Shown: piece after piece, positions 38,557 through 48,549 of the stretch
How positions within the stretch are numbered: position 1 is the first letter of the stretch
Layout of the letters: each line of letters begins with the position of its first letter
Assembly: GCA_040398075.1 (NCBI GenBank)
Contig: JBBAUR010000009.1
Coordinates: forward strand, 7,702-71,701
Length of the DNA stretch: 64,000 nt
From: Bdellovibrionota bacterium
Lineage (GTDB): Bacteria; Bdellovibrionota_C; UBA2361; OMII01
Direction of reading: 5' to 3'
Notes under the pieces: model-generated
What the model was told of the DNA's origin: nothing
Database searches by the model: none
Seen by the model: only the letters and a program-made list of their open reading frames with translations
Made by a program: the position numbers and the translations under genes

Positions 38557-39489
38557 TCATGACATGACATGCTTAAGCAGGGCCATCCTGACATGGAGAC
38601 CAGACTTCACCTGTCTGAAATACGCCGCACGTGGATCACCGTCGATGGACGTGGGAACCTCATTGACACGAGGCAGGGGATGTAGCACACGTGCCTCCTG
38701 CTTCATCATCGACAACAATTCGAGATCGAGGAGGCAGGAGTCCTTCACCTGTCGATACTCCTCCGGATCGCAGAACCTCTCCTTCTGTACCCGGGTCATG
38801 TAGACCACGTCAGACCTCACCAGAATATTCTTCGCTTCACGGAGACTGTTACCTACGTGGAGTATTTCTCCAATATTCTTTTTGACCTTGTCGTACAACG
38901 GACGACCCTCTATGCCCAACGAAGAGGGGCTGACGAGGTGGAAACGATTGTCGGGGTACATCGACAGGAGACGTAGAAGGCTGTGGACCGTGCGACCGTT
39001 GGCCAGGTCTCCGACGAAGCATACCTCGAGTCCACGAGTCCTCCCAAGTTCTGAGTCGATCGTGTATAGGTCAAGCAAGGCCTGGGTCGGATGTTCACCC
39101 GTTCCGTCGCCGGCGTTGATGATCGGCACCGGACTGACCGCCGCTGCCCGGGCGGCAGATCCGATTTCAGGATGTCTCAAGACGATGGCGTCGGCGTATT
39201 GTCCCAACGTGACGATGGTGTCCTCGAGGGTCTCTCCCTTGGAGACGGAGGAGTATTGGACTCCCTGAGTGATGGGAATGACGCCGCCGCCTAGCCTATT
39301 CATGGCTGCGATGAAGCTGGCGCTCGTTCGTGTGGATGGCTCATAGAACACGCATGCCAGGACTGACCCACATAGGACCTCGGTCGTGTCACGACGTTGG
39401 GCTCGAGAATATTCCCGTGCCGTTCTGAATATTCCATCCACGTCATTTACGTCGAATTGTCCTGCCTCCAAAATGTGACTGTGTCTCAT
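38557..39489 (-). CDS. pyrB: aspartate carbamoyltransferase catalytic subunit
   Basis: FYEPSTRT, SKGETLEDT, NAGDG.GEHPTQALLD, YMTRVQKER, HPLPR. Confidence 0.97.
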   Translation of the reverse strand: MRHSHILEAGQFDVNDVDGIFRTAREYSRAQRRDTTEVLCGSVLACVFYEPSTRTSASFIAAMNRLGGGVIPITQGVQYSSVSKGETLEDTIVTLGQYADAIVLRHPEIGSAARAAAVSPVPIINAGDGTGEHPTQALLDLYTIDSELGRTRGLEVCFVGDLANGRTVHSLLRLLSMYPDNRFHLVSPSSLGIEGRPLYDKVKKNIGEILHVGNSLREAKNILVRSDVVYMTRVQKERFCDPEEYRQVKDSCLLDLELLSMMKQEARVLHPLPRVNEVPTSIDGDPRAAYFRQVKSGLHVRMALLKHVMS

Positions 39490-39545
39490 CGTCTTCACCT
39501 CGACTTCGTTATACAACTTCTTCGAAGTCGTTTACATTAAGACCC

Positions 39546-39764
39546 ATGAGAACGTACGTAACGTTTGTCGCATTCCTCGCCTTGGCATGCGCGCCGGGGA
39601 CGGTGGAACCACCAAACAACAAGCCATCTCCTCCCACAGAAGAGACAAGGACACTCGTCACCACGGTGCTTGAACTAGACTGTGAGGCCTCTTGTTCCAC
39701 CTTGTGTCCCGTTCAGGACATCGACTATGAGATACAGGAGGTCGACGTTTGTGCTACAGAATGA
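39546..39764 (+). CDS. small lipoprotein
   Basis: Lipobox LALAC. Confidence 0.5.
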   Translation: MRTYVTFVAFLALACAPGTVEPPNNKPSPPTEETRTLVTTVLELDCEASCSTLCPVQDIDYEIQEVDVCATE

Positions 39765-39889
39765 CGTGTAGGAAGTGTGGACGCCCAACCTGGGTAGGTT
39801 GTGGGGCACACATCGAGTTCGTCCTCAGGGACGTACCGAAAGAAGACAGATGCGTGTGCCCAAGAGAGGAGGACGAGGAAGACGATTGA
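39761..39889 (+). CDS. 42-aa Cys/His zinc-binding protein (CxxCGxPTWxGCGxH)
   Basis: Translated by hand: MTCRKCGRPTWVGCGAHIEFVLRDVPKEDRCVC... Confidence 0.6.
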   Translation: MTCRKCGRPTWVGCGAHIEFVLRDVPKEDRCVCPREEDEEDD

Positions 39890-39900
39890 GTTAAAGTGAC

Positions 39901-39979
39901 GCGGGCGTCGCCAAGAGGTATGGCAGAAGATTTCCAATCTTCCGCGAAAGCATCGTCGGTTCGAATCCGTCCGTCCGCT
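39901..39979 (+). tRNA. tRNA-Gly(TCC) with extended variable arm
   Basis: GCGGGCG/CGTCCGC plus T73, GAAGA-TTTCCAA-TCTTC, 12-nt variable region with GC-GAAA-GC hairpin, GGTTCGAATCC. Confidence 0.85.
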
Positions 39980-40006
39980 CCGAAGGCAGTGATCGTCGTG
40001 AGACTT

Positions 40007-40207
40007 TCACTGCCTCTTTGCTTTTTTGGCCGCCTGTTCTCCCTTTTCGATGGCCTCGTCGTCTGACATGCCTGAAGCCATCATACGGGCTATCATGACG
40101 TCTTCGAAGTCGTTCTCGCCGTCGTCGTTGAGGTCTTCGGCCTCCTCAACTGTTTGTTCGACAGCCTCACGCACCATTCGACGCAACTGTGACAATGTGA
40201 TTCTCAT
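40007..40207 (-). CDS. LRRxIRE-motif protein with EF-hand-like loop
   Basis: MRITLSQLRRMVREA; DLNDDGENDFED; ATACTTA-N6-ATG. Confidence 0.7.
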   Translation of the reverse strand: MRITLSQLRRMVREAVEQTVEEAEDLNDDGENDFEDVMIARMMASGMSDDEAIEKGEQAAKKAKRQ

Positions 40208-40225
40208 GTCACGTAAGTATGCTCC

Positions 40226-40540
40226 TCAACGCTTGATTTGAGGCGTCGGAATGACGTGATAGTCCTTCGCATATGGATCGGGGATCGCATATGGATTCTG
40301 ACCGGTGGGAGGAACAGGTCCCCAACATTCCTCTTCGTCATAGACAGGGTCCCTGAGATGCGGAGACACGTCGTCAGGTTCTATTTGTCTTATCGAATTC
40401 TTTCCAATCCTCTCACGATCAGGCATGCTTGGAGCCATCGGATTAGAAGTGGTAGGCTGACGTGGCACCGTGATGCCGCCGCCAGCCTCCATCAAAGAAA
40501 TCCTGATCATCCTTCTCAACTCACCGATAGTCATCCTCAT
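40226..40540 (-). CDS. LRRxIRE-motif Pro-rich protein
   Basis: MRMTIGELRRMIRISLME; ATAGTTA-N5-ATG. Confidence 0.7.
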   Translation of the reverse strand: MRMTIGELRRMIRISLMEAGGGITVPRQPTTSNPMAPSMPDRERIGKNSIRQIEPDDVSPHLRDPVYDEEECWGPVPPTGQNPYAIPDPYAKDYHVIPTPQIKR

Positions 40541-40562
40541 CTCGATAACTATGGTGAGACGA

Positions 40563-40829
40563 TCACATTCTCCACATGATTCGACCTCGAGTCGTGTCGT
40601 AGGGGCTAACCTCAATTGTCACATTATCGTTTGGAAGTATGTGAATGTGATTTTGTCTCATCTTGCCTGACAAAGTGCATAGCACGTCAAGTCCGTTGTT
40701 TGCCTTTACCTTGAACCACGTTCCTGGAAGGGCATCGATCACCGTTCCCTGCATCTCAATCTTGTCTTGTCGATCTTCTTCTCTTGTCGACTCTTGGAAT
40801 GAATTGTGTTTTTTCCTGTTCTTTGCCAT
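40563..40829 (-). CDS. infA: translation initiation factor IF-1
   Basis: IEMQGTVIDALP..F.V...SGKMRQNHI.ILP.D.V.IEVSPYD.TRGRI. Confidence 0.95.
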   Translation of the reverse strand: MAKNRKKHNSFQESTREEDRQDKIEMQGTVIDALPGTWFKVKANNGLDVLCTLSGKMRQNHIHILPNDNVTIEVSPYDTTRGRIMWRM

Positions 40830-41628
40830 ATTCCTCTTGTGTCTCTACTCTTTCTTCGTCTCCCAGATGAATAGGAGAAATCTCAGCACTGCCTCTTCCA
40901 CGGCCAGCTAGACCGCTGCCCATGCAAAAACCTGCCGATCGACGAACTAGTCGATCGACTTCTTCACGTACGTAGTCCCTCAATGTCTTCATGTTGTTTT
41001 TCATAGGCAGAACTTTCAATGTCTAGCTCACATACGTATCTGCCATCGATTGACACTGACGCTGAAGACACTGCGTCAGTAGACATTCTCTTCACGATTC
41101 TGGCGTTGAGACCTTGAATTCCTAGTTCATCTTCGAAGGACACATATATCATTTCACCATTCCAAGAAGGAAAGGCAGACATCAGTTTGTGTTTCTCGGT
41201 AGACTTAATGATTCCAACATAAGACGTCAAGGTGACGAAATACAAGGTGTTATCTTTTGGATCGACGCCGCACGAGATTATCCTGTCAACGTTTTTGATT
41301 TCCTGATTGATTATTTCGATAAAAGACTGCGGCAACGTGACCATGTATTCAGGGACTTCTATCTCATTGCCTTTCACGAATACCCTTCTCTTTTCATTCA
41401 TGTCGTTTCATGAACTTTCTTCAATTCAGACTCATAATATGGTCCTTCCTTTCTAGGATTTTCAGGAAACAGAACGTAATAAACGTCAAAGTAATTTTCA
41501 GACAACCTGCTAGTGTGTTGTGAGGCATGAATAGACAAAGGTTTCTTTTTTTCTACAATTATTCCTGGTAGGAATCCACAAGCTGTGTATACGAGGTCTC
41601 CTACCTTAAGGTTGGACATGTAATTCAT
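40756..41628 (-). CDS. three hypothetical proteins (40756-40992, 40964-41401, 41398-41628)
   Basis: Overlapping ORFs between groEL and infA. Confidence 0.5.
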
Positions 41629-43205
41629 TCTTCTTCGACAACGACTGCATCAAGTGAGAGGAAGGTAACAGCCACGGAAGAGGCATTCCTCAAGGCAGTC
41701 CTAGTCACCTTAACAGGATCAATGATTCCTTCCTTCAGCATGTCGACGTATTCTCCCGTAGACGCATTGAATCCAAATTTGTCGATTCCTTCTTTTTCGT
41801 TCCTCATCCTATTGAGTTCGTTGACAACGACCTCATGACTGAGACCAGCATTCTTGACTATCTTTTCAATGGGTGCAAGGCATGCTTCAAATGCTACCTT
41901 TTCTCCTTGAGTGAGATCTGGACCTTGCACGCTCTTCCACACGTTATAGAGCGCCATGCCTCCACCCGGAACTATGCCGCATTCGACTGCGGCGCGAGTT
42001 GCATGTAGGGCGTCTTCGATCCTATGCTTCCTTTCGATCATTTCCATCTCAGTGGATCCACCGACCTTGATCAATGCGACACCGCACGACAATTTTGCTG
42101 CCCTCACCTTCAACTTGTGCAGCTCCTCTGATGACAAGGTGATGTCTTGCGCCTGTGTCTTCAATTCGGACAACCTAACGTCCACGGCTGATTTCGTACT
42201 GCCATTTGCTACGAATGTGGCTGTCTTCGAATCGATCACGGCTTTCTTCAATGTCCCCAGATCGCTCATCTGCAACTGAGCCACCTTCAAACCAGTCGAA
42301 GCAGACGCTATCTTGGCTCCTGTCAAACAGGCTATGTCTTGAAGAAGTTCTTCCTTATGTTGTCCATATCCTGGAGACTTGATTGCGACGACGGGTAGAT
42401 TTGCATTGACTTTATTGACCACCAGACCTTGTAGGGCCTCTCCTTCAACATCGTCAGCTATGATGAGAAGTGGAGTCCTACTCTGCATCACCTTCTCCAA
42501 GAGGGGCAACAGGTCCCGCATGCTAGACAGCTTATGGTCTGCCAACAACACCTTGACGTCCGAGTAAGAAACGTGCATTTTCTCAGGATTGGTGACGAAG
42601 TAAGGGGACAAATAGCCCCTGTCGATCTGCATTCCTTCGACGACTTCCAATCCAGTAGAAGTTCCTTTAGCTTCCTCTACTGAAACTATTCCGTCTTGAC
42701 CAACTTTGGTCATGGCGTCTGCAATGAGCTCTCCAATCTTACGATCACCGTTGGCACTGATAGTGGCAATTTGCGCAACTTCTTCGGAAGTCGAGAGTTG
42801 TTTAGCTGACATCGACAGCAACTTATCGATCCTGTCAGCACCTCTCTGAATTCCGTCACACAGTTCTTTCGTTGAATAACCCGCCTCCAACAATTTGAGG
42901 CCTGATTTCACCATCGCTTGTGTCAAGATAGTGGCTGTCGTCGTCCCGTCTCCTGCAGTCTCATTAGTTTGTGAGGCGGCCTCCTTTATCAATTGGGCAC
43001 CCATTCTCTCGATTGGGTCCTTCAGTCGAATCGACTTGCTGACTGTGACACCGTCCTTTGTGACGATTGGAGACTCACCCTCTTGTTGAATGAGGACCAA
43101 CTTTCCTTTTGGTCCAAGGGTAGAACCAACCGCATGCGCTACCGTGTTCAGCCCTTTCAAAAGACCTTTTCTAGCATCAGAACCGAATATGACCTTTGTC
43201 GACAT
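41625..43205 (-). CDS. groEL: chaperonin GroEL
   Basis: TLGPKG, TKDGVTV, AGDGTTTAT, EGMQIDRGYLSPYF, GIVPGGG, GIIDPVKVTR. Confidence 0.97.
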   Translation of the reverse strand: MSTKVIFGSDARKGLLKGLNTVAHAVGSTLGPKGKLVLIQQEGESPIVTKDGVTVSKSIRLKDPIERMGAQLIKEAASQTNETAGDGTTTATILTQAMVKSGLKLLEAGYSTKELCDGIQRGADRIDKLLSMSAKQLSTSEEVAQIATISANGDRKIGELIADAMTKVGQDGIVSVEEAKGTSTGLEVVEGMQIDRGYLSPYFVTNPEKMHVSYSDVKVLLADHKLSSMRDLLPLLEKVMQSRTPLLIIADDVEGEALQGLVVNKVNANLPVVAIKSPGYGQHKEELLQDIACLTGAKIASASTGLKVAQLQMSDLGTLKKAVIDSKTATFVANGSTKSAVDVRLSELKTQAQDITLSSEELHKLKVRAAKLSCGVALIKVGGSTEMEMIERKHRIEDALHATRAAVECGIVPGGGMALYNVWKSVQGPDLTQGEKVAFEACLAPIEKIVKNAGLSHEVVVNELNRMRNEKEGIDKFGFNASTGEYVDMLKEGIIDPVKVTRTALRNASSVAVTFLSLDAVVVEEE

Positions 43206-43241
43206 TTGACAAAGATCTTACTTCATCATCGAAGTTTTGTT

Positions 43242-43517
43242 TCATAAACTCAATTCGTTAGTGATGTTTATCCAAACAGGTTGACCTGACCGCCAAGCGA
43301 CGGCAACCCTACCTTTCTTATAGTCTTTCAGCACTTGCTTCAAAAGGTCTTTCTCGTGCTCTTCCTTCAAGGAAGCAATATAGGAGACCAATTTAACAGA
43401 CGTAAAATCAATGACGAAACGACTGATTGTCGCAGGAAAAAGTTGTGACTTGTGCAACTGAAACTCAGTGCTCGAAGATATTGCTACGTTATTGACCTTT
43501 CGTTTACGAGTCGACAT
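43242..43517 (-). CDS. hypothetical protein
   Basis: 91-aa ORF. Confidence 0.5.
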   Translation of the reverse strand: MSTRKRKVNNVAISSSTEFQLHKSQLFPATISRFVIDFTSVKLVSYIASLKEEHEKDLLKQVLKDYKKGRVAVAWRSGQPVWINITNELSL

Positions 43518-43558
43518 TTTTCCACCATGAAAGTAACTATGATGTTGCTTGCCCATAA

Positions 43559-44491
43559 TCAGAGAGGAATGTTGAAGTCTTGTGCCATCTTAAACACGCC
43601 GATGTTCTTCATCTTACATTCCACCTCAACATCGATCTCGTCATTCATGAGTCCTTCAAGCTGCGGTTGTGTGACATAGTGAATCATGTCACTGTGTTTT
43701 CTACGGTCAGAAAAAGAACCATTAGACAATGACGGTTCAGTGTTGCTGATGTGTTGCAGCGGTTTGACGTCGATGGGCCATGTTTCAGCGGTTGCAGCAT
43801 GCGCCTCGTCGGTGGAGATTCCTCCGTCATTAAAGACGTGGTGATGCGTGTCGAAACAAATGGGGATACCTGAACGTTGATACACTTCCAACAGGTCGAT
43901 AACGTTGTAACAACTTTCATCATTCTCAAGTGTGAGTCGACCCCTCACGTTTTCTGGTAGCTTATCGATCCGGTTCAACAACGCCTCAGTCTTATTCATC
44001 TTTCCGCCATGGATATTGATCGCCCATTTTGGGGACACTTCGAGCCCCATACAATCCATCATCCATGCGTGGATGGAAAGTTCACGAAAGGCGTTGACAA
44101 CGACAGTCTCTGAGTCAGAGGAAAGGACGCAAAACTGGCCGGGATGCGTCGTCAGTCGCATGCCATTTGACTTTACGAAGTCACCAACTTTCTTTAGAGA
44201 AGAAATCAGGTGTTCATTGTCCCACAAGGACCGGTCGACTTGATCTGCGAGAGGCAGAAGAGCAGAAGACATCCTAAAAAGCCTGACTCCACTAGATCTG
44301 ATCTTTGGAAGCATTCGTGCAAGACTGTCGACGTTGTGAAGGTAAGTCTTTCGAATGTAGTCAGGTGCGTATTTGCCGGATCGATATCGGCCAAGCTGAA
44401 GCGACCTCTCTTCCATCTCGTTCACGAGGATCTTTTGGCCCGATTTTGGTTTCACTTCTTCACGCAACCAATGACAACAAATTCCTAGCAT
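43559..44491 (-). CDS. uvsE: UV-damage endonuclease UvsE
   Basis: FRMSS, RLTTHPGQFCVL.S, NIHGG, RLTLENDE, FDTHHH, HSD, EVECK. Confidence 0.92.
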   Translation of the reverse strand: MLGICCHWLREEVKPKSGQKILVNEMEERSLQLGRYRSGKYAPDYIRKTYLHNVDSLARMLPKIRSSGVRLFRMSSALLPLADQVDRSLWDNEHLISSLKKVGDFVKSNGMRLTTHPGQFCVLSSDSETVVVNAFRELSIHAWMMDCMGLEVSPKWAINIHGGKMNKTEALLNRIDKLPENVRGRLTLENDESCYNVIDLLEVYQRSGIPICFDTHHHVFNDGGISTDEAHAATAETWPIDVKPLQHISNTEPSLSNGSFSDRRKHSDMIHYVTQPQLEGLMNDEIDVEVECKMKNIGVFKMAQDFNIPL

Positions 44492-44526
44492 GTCTCCATG
44501 ATATCATGGGTCATGGAGACATTGCA
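44490..44526 (-). promoter_or_regulatory. leaderless uvsE promoter overlapped by a 12-bp inverted repeat
   Basis: TGCAAT-N17-TATCAT-N6-ATG; ATGTCTCCATGA-N9-TCATGGAGACAT. Confidence 0.65.
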
Positions 44527-44528
44527 CA

Positions 44529-45791
44529 TCACTTGAACAAATTCACCATCTTCTTTTTCTTAGAAGGTCGACCGAAGAAGTCATTTGTCTTGGAGGAACG
44601 ATGACGACCATTGAGCAAGGCTCCTGTCATGACTTTATCGTCATCGTCGTACTTAGACAATCTTTGAACCCTGTGAGCAAGTTCTCTGACGGACTTTTCA
44701 GCCTCTTCGGGATTCATGAACCTCAACCTCTTGACATATTCCTGAATGAAAGCAATGGGCCATTCTTTGACTAGTTCAAAGTGTTCTTCGAGTTTCTCAC
44801 CAAGGATTTTCTTGACAACGTCTTCGTCCATGAGTTTGATTTGAACTAGTTCATCGAACCTACCTGGACGTAGGATTGCCTCATCCAACATGTTTTTGTT
44901 GTTGACGGTGGCGACGACCAACTTGACATGTCTTTGAAAGAATTCGAGAGTCTCAAGCAAACTGGCTTGTTCCGTTGATCGATCGAAGTCATCGAATATG
45001 ACGGCGTCGGGCTCAAAGATGCTGATGGCCTCAAAGATTGTAGATGAATCGATGCAACCAATGTCCTCCACCCTAATTCTGAAAGACTTCATCCCCAAGT
45101 TGTTGATGATCGTGCGGGCCATGGTTGACTTACCTGTTCCAGGTGGACCGTACAGCAGGACAGACCTAGACACCCCTGCATCAATACATTTCTTCAGATA
45201 TGAAGCATATTCACTTGCTCTTTTTGAAGGCAAAGGAAGGAAAGCGTCGTCTGTCTCGAGTAGGACTACGTCCTCTTTGTTGGGAGAGGTCTTCGATCGT
45301 CTAAGGACGATGTTGTCGTTTTTCAACAGTTTCCACAATTCCTTCTTTAGAACCTCTTTAGCCTTCTTCGTGTTGTCAGGCTCAACATAGACAGCACCAA
45401 CGTGATCGGTACGAGTGTTTAGGACATATCCAAACTTGATGCCTTCAAGATGAACGATGTGAATTACGATGGAGTCTTCTGAGGTTCGAATCACATTGAA
45501 AGGATTGCCAATCAAGGCAGCGCGAATCATCTTACTGAAGTCACCTGTGTATGGCATCTCCCAGTTTTCGAAATAATCATCAGGCCAAATTTCAAGGTCG
45601 TCAACGACCACTTTTCCTACTAGAAATGCCGACTTCAATGCGTTGAGGGGTGTTTGTTTCTCAATGAATGGTGAGAGAGCATTGAAGATCTCAGATCCCA
45701 TCCTGAACATTTTCTTGATCTTTCCCACGTTGAAAAAGTCTCTGATGTCGTCAGAAACGGATGAGGCAATTCTGTTGTCTTCATTGGACAT
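44529..45791 (-). CDS. AAA+ ATPase
   Basis: LLYGPPGTGKS, IFDDFD, ATVN...LDEAILRPGRFD. Confidence 0.88.
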   Translation of the reverse strand: MSNEDNRIASSVSDDIRDFFNVGKIKKMFRMGSEIFNALSPFIEKQTPLNALKSAFLVGKVVVDDLEIWPDDYFENWEMPYTGDFSKMIRAALIGNPFNVIRTSEDSIVIHIVHLEGIKFGYVLNTRTDHVGAVYVEPDNTKKAKEVLKKELWKLLKNDNIVLRRSKTSPNKEDVVLLETDDAFLPLPSKRASEYASYLKKCIDAGVSRSVLLYGPPGTGKSTMARTIINNLGMKSFRIRVEDIGCIDSSTIFEAISIFEPDAVIFDDFDRSTEQASLLETLEFFQRHVKLVVATVNNKNMLDEAILRPGRFDELVQIKLMDEDVVKKILGEKLEEHFELVKEWPIAFIQEYVKRLRFMNPEEAEKSVRELAHRVQRLSKYDDDDKVMTGALLNGRHRSSKTNDFFGRPSKKKKMVNLFK

Positions 45792-45824
45792 GTAGTTTAA
45801 CCTACCACTCTTGTTTTCAGTTGT

Positions 45825-46664
45825 TTATTTCTGACAATTTTCACACCACCACATCATTCTACCGTCGTCAGAATTCATTCTGAAAATGGCATGACCTTGC
45901 GGACAATTTTTCCTTCCATAGACCTCGAAGTCGAATTGAGTCTGACCCTTTGAACCGTCCACGGTCCTATATGTCGATATCGATGCTCCATTAGAACGAT
46001 ACGACATGTCAGCCGTCTCAATCGTATGCTTGCATAGGTCAACGTATTCAGAAGCCGTGACATCGACGACAGGTCTCCACGGAGACAAACGGGCCCGATA
46101 GAGTATTTCAGCTCGTAGATAGTTTCCAACACCAGAAACAGTTGTCTGGTCCATCAGAGCTTCACAGATTCTTCTGTTTTGTTTTCTGAGAATTCTTACA
46201 GTGAAGACTTCAGGCGTCAGTCCGCCTGTGATGATACACGGTCCAAGACTATTCAATTTCTTGAGATGGAGTCGTTCATCATCGACAAACTTCAACGTCC
46301 CAAAGTGACGAGGGTCATTGAAGAAAGTTTGAATCACCTGCTTGTCCTTTTGAGATTCGATCACGAAAGCTGTGTGCTTTGACGGTCTTTTCATCCACTG
46401 TCCGGACATTCCATAAGTGGACCACATGTACCATGTTTTCGTGGTGTTCTTCATGGTCCACCACATGAATTTCCCCTTGGTGTCGACGGAGGAAATTGTC
46501 AGATGTTCTTCCAATTTAACATCGGATAGAAATCTTTGGAAGCCTTCAGGGTGGACGCCTGAATAACGTCCTGATCCGGTGGGAGTCGCATCAGTCACAG
46601 ACGAATTCAGCAAAGAATTTCTTAGCACGTCTCTGCTGTGTGCTAGCTCAGGTCCTTCAGGAAT
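45825..46664 (-). CDS. mutM: formamidopyrimidine-DNA glycosylase (Fpg/MutM), probable ATT start
   Basis: PEGPE, KGKFMW, YGMSG, FNDPRHFG, LMDQ..VSGVGNYLRAE, C-terminal zinc finger. Confidence 0.9.
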   Translation of the reverse strand: MPEGPELAHSRDVLRNSLLNSSVTDATPTGSGRYSGVHPEGFQRFLSDVKLEEHLTISSVDTKGKFMWWTMKNTTKTWYMWSTYGMSGQWMKRPSKHTAFVIESQKDKQVIQTFFNDPRHFGTLKFVDDERLHLKKLNSLGPCIITGGLTPEVFTVRILRKQNRRICEALMDQTTVSGVGNYLRAEILYRARLSPWRPVVDVTASEYVDLCKHTIETADMSYRSNGASISTYRTVDGSKGQTQFDFEVYGRKNCPQGHAIFRMNSDDGRMMWWCENCQK

Positions 46665-46702
46665 GGTACACCTCCTCATGAGGAGAATAACATGACTGTC
46701 TT

Positions 46703-47335
46703 CTACTTTTCACTAGTTACAACAATTTTCTGTTCTGACAACCACGACCAAATATTCTTCATCCAGAATCCATAACCCAATCCAGTAGTATGAATTCCAT
46801 CTATTAGAGGAATATGATATTTCTCTGATGGAAAGTACAGGGGAGAAATTTCTTTTATCATTTCTCTGACTTCGTTGATTTTGACGACTTTTTCCTTTCG
46901 TATGTCGGGAGGTGCGATCCACACCAACATCGCACCTGAGTCTATGACCATGTCGATCATTCTTCGATAATGCGTCGGTACAGGACTGTGTTGCCCGACA
47001 CCATATGAGTCGTTAGTTCCTAGTGACACCAACACCAACTTCGGTGAATGTTGCTTCAGGAGTTGATCCATCCTCTTTAGCCAATAAGTCGTTGCCGTAC
47101 CAGACAAAGTGTGACTAACAGGTACATAGCCGTTTCTTTTTGCCTCGGAGTGAAAATGGGATCCTAGACCGACTGCCAAAGAGTCGCCGACCAACATGAT
47201 CGTTGAACCTCTTGATATCGACGTCACGTCTAGATAATCACAAACATGTTGTGACGATTCAACTCTGCAAACTTTTGGTTCTGACAAGAGAGCCGCCAAT
47301 GCGGTGAAGATGAGAGTCTTAATTTCGATCGACAT
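46703..47335 (-). CDS. SGNH/GDSL hydrolase
   Basis: LVGDSL, SLGTND, DGIH; N-terminal signal-like segment. Confidence 0.85.
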   Translation of the reverse strand: MSIEIKTLIFTALAALLSEPKVCRVESSQHVCDYLDVTSISRGSTIMLVGDSLAVGLGSHFHSEAKRNGYVPVSHTLSGTATTYWLKRMDQLLKQHSPKLVLVSLGTNDSYGVGQHSPVPTHYRRMIDMVIDSGAMLVWIAPPDIRKEKVVKINEVREMIKEISPLYFPSEKYHIPLIDGIHTTGLGYGFWMKNIWSWLSEQKIVVTSEK

Positions 47336-47373
47336 TTCCGATCCTGTTCCTCCAGAATAGTTATGATCTAGAT

Positions 47374-48549
47374 ATGTCGATTTTTAAAGAACACAAGACA
47401 AACGCCGACAGAGTCGCATCCGACAGGAGACGTCACAAACAAAAAATCGATAAGGCAATCAGAGAAGGAATACATCACATCGTTTCAGATGAATCGATAA
47501 TTGGAAATAACGGAAAACAGAAATTCAGGATTCCCGTCAGAGGAATAAAAGAACACAGGTTCGTCTTCGGTGACAACGGAAAACAAGTTGGATCAGCTCC
47601 TGGTCGTGATGTGACACGTGGCCAGAAGATCGGTGGCAAGGACAAACATCTACCGGGACGTCCGGATAAACCTGGTGCTGAGAGCGGAGAAGAGTATTAC
47701 GACGTCGAGATGTCGCTGGACGAATTGGCGCAATATCTCTTCGATGACCTAGGGCTACCTGATCTCGAAAAGAAGAAGCTTTCAAACATCGATTCGAGTC
47801 GATTCAAGCGTTCAGGTTACAGACCTGAAGGAATCCTACCAAGGCTCGACAGGAAGAAGTCAGCCATCGCACGAATCAAGAGGATGAAGGCCGCCGGTTT
47901 CGATCCGGAGGCGGCGAAGGAAGGTGAGACATTCCCCTTCCATGAAGACGACCTGAAGTATCGGCACTACAAACTGAAGAAGGAACCAAACACGAACGCC
48001 GTTGTGTTTTTCGTGATGGACGTTTCTGGGTCCATGGACCAGGATAAGAAGTTCCTAGCAAGATCATTCTGTTTCCTGATGTATCACTTCATCCGAACCA
48101 AGTATGAAAACGTTGAGGTCGTCTTCGTGACCCACGACATGGAGGCACGAGAAGTGGACGAGAATGCATTCTTCACCGTGGGGACGAACGGTGGAACTTT
48201 CGCTTCGACGGGACTCACTTTGGTGAACAAGATCGTTGAGGAGAGGTACAGTCCTGACTCATGGAACCTATACGCGATCCACCTATCGGATGGAGATAAC
48301 TTCGACTCTGACAACGGAAAATACCTAGAAGAACACGCGAAATTGGAATCCATCGCACAACTCTTCGGCTATTGCGAATTGGAACCGCCCAATGCTTGGG
48401 CCTCCTCTTCCTACGAGAACAACAAACTCTCCAGCATCCTGAAACCGAGGATTCGGGAAAATTCACGTTGCGTCCTCATCAAGGAGAAGGACGATGTATG
48501 GCCGGCCTTTCGTGAGATGTTGGGCGCTGTTTCGCAAGGAGACGATTGA
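47374..48549 (+). CDS. yeaH: YeaH/YhbH (DUF444) family protein
   Basis: DR.RH..K, LF.DLGLP.L..K, DDLKYR, AVVFFVMDVSGSM, GGT..S, SDGDN. Confidence 0.92.
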   Translation: MSIFKEHKTNADRVASDRRRHKQKIDKAIREGIHHIVSDESIIGNNGKQKFRIPVRGIKEHRFVFGDNGKQVGSAPGRDVTRGQKIGGKDKHLPGRPDKPGAESGEEYYDVEMSLDELAQYLFDDLGLPDLEKKKLSNIDSSRFKRSGYRPEGILPRLDRKKSAIARIKRMKAAGFDPEAAKEGETFPFHEDDLKYRHYKLKKEPNTNAVVFFVMDVSGSMDQDKKFLARSFCFLMYHFIRTKYENVEVVFVTHDMEAREVDENAFFTVGTNGGTFASTGLTLVNKIVEERYSPDSWNLYAIHLSDGDNFDSDNGKYLEEHAKLESIAQLFGYCELEPPNAWASSSYENNKLSSILKPRIRENSRCVLIKEKDDVWPAFREMLGAVSQGDD

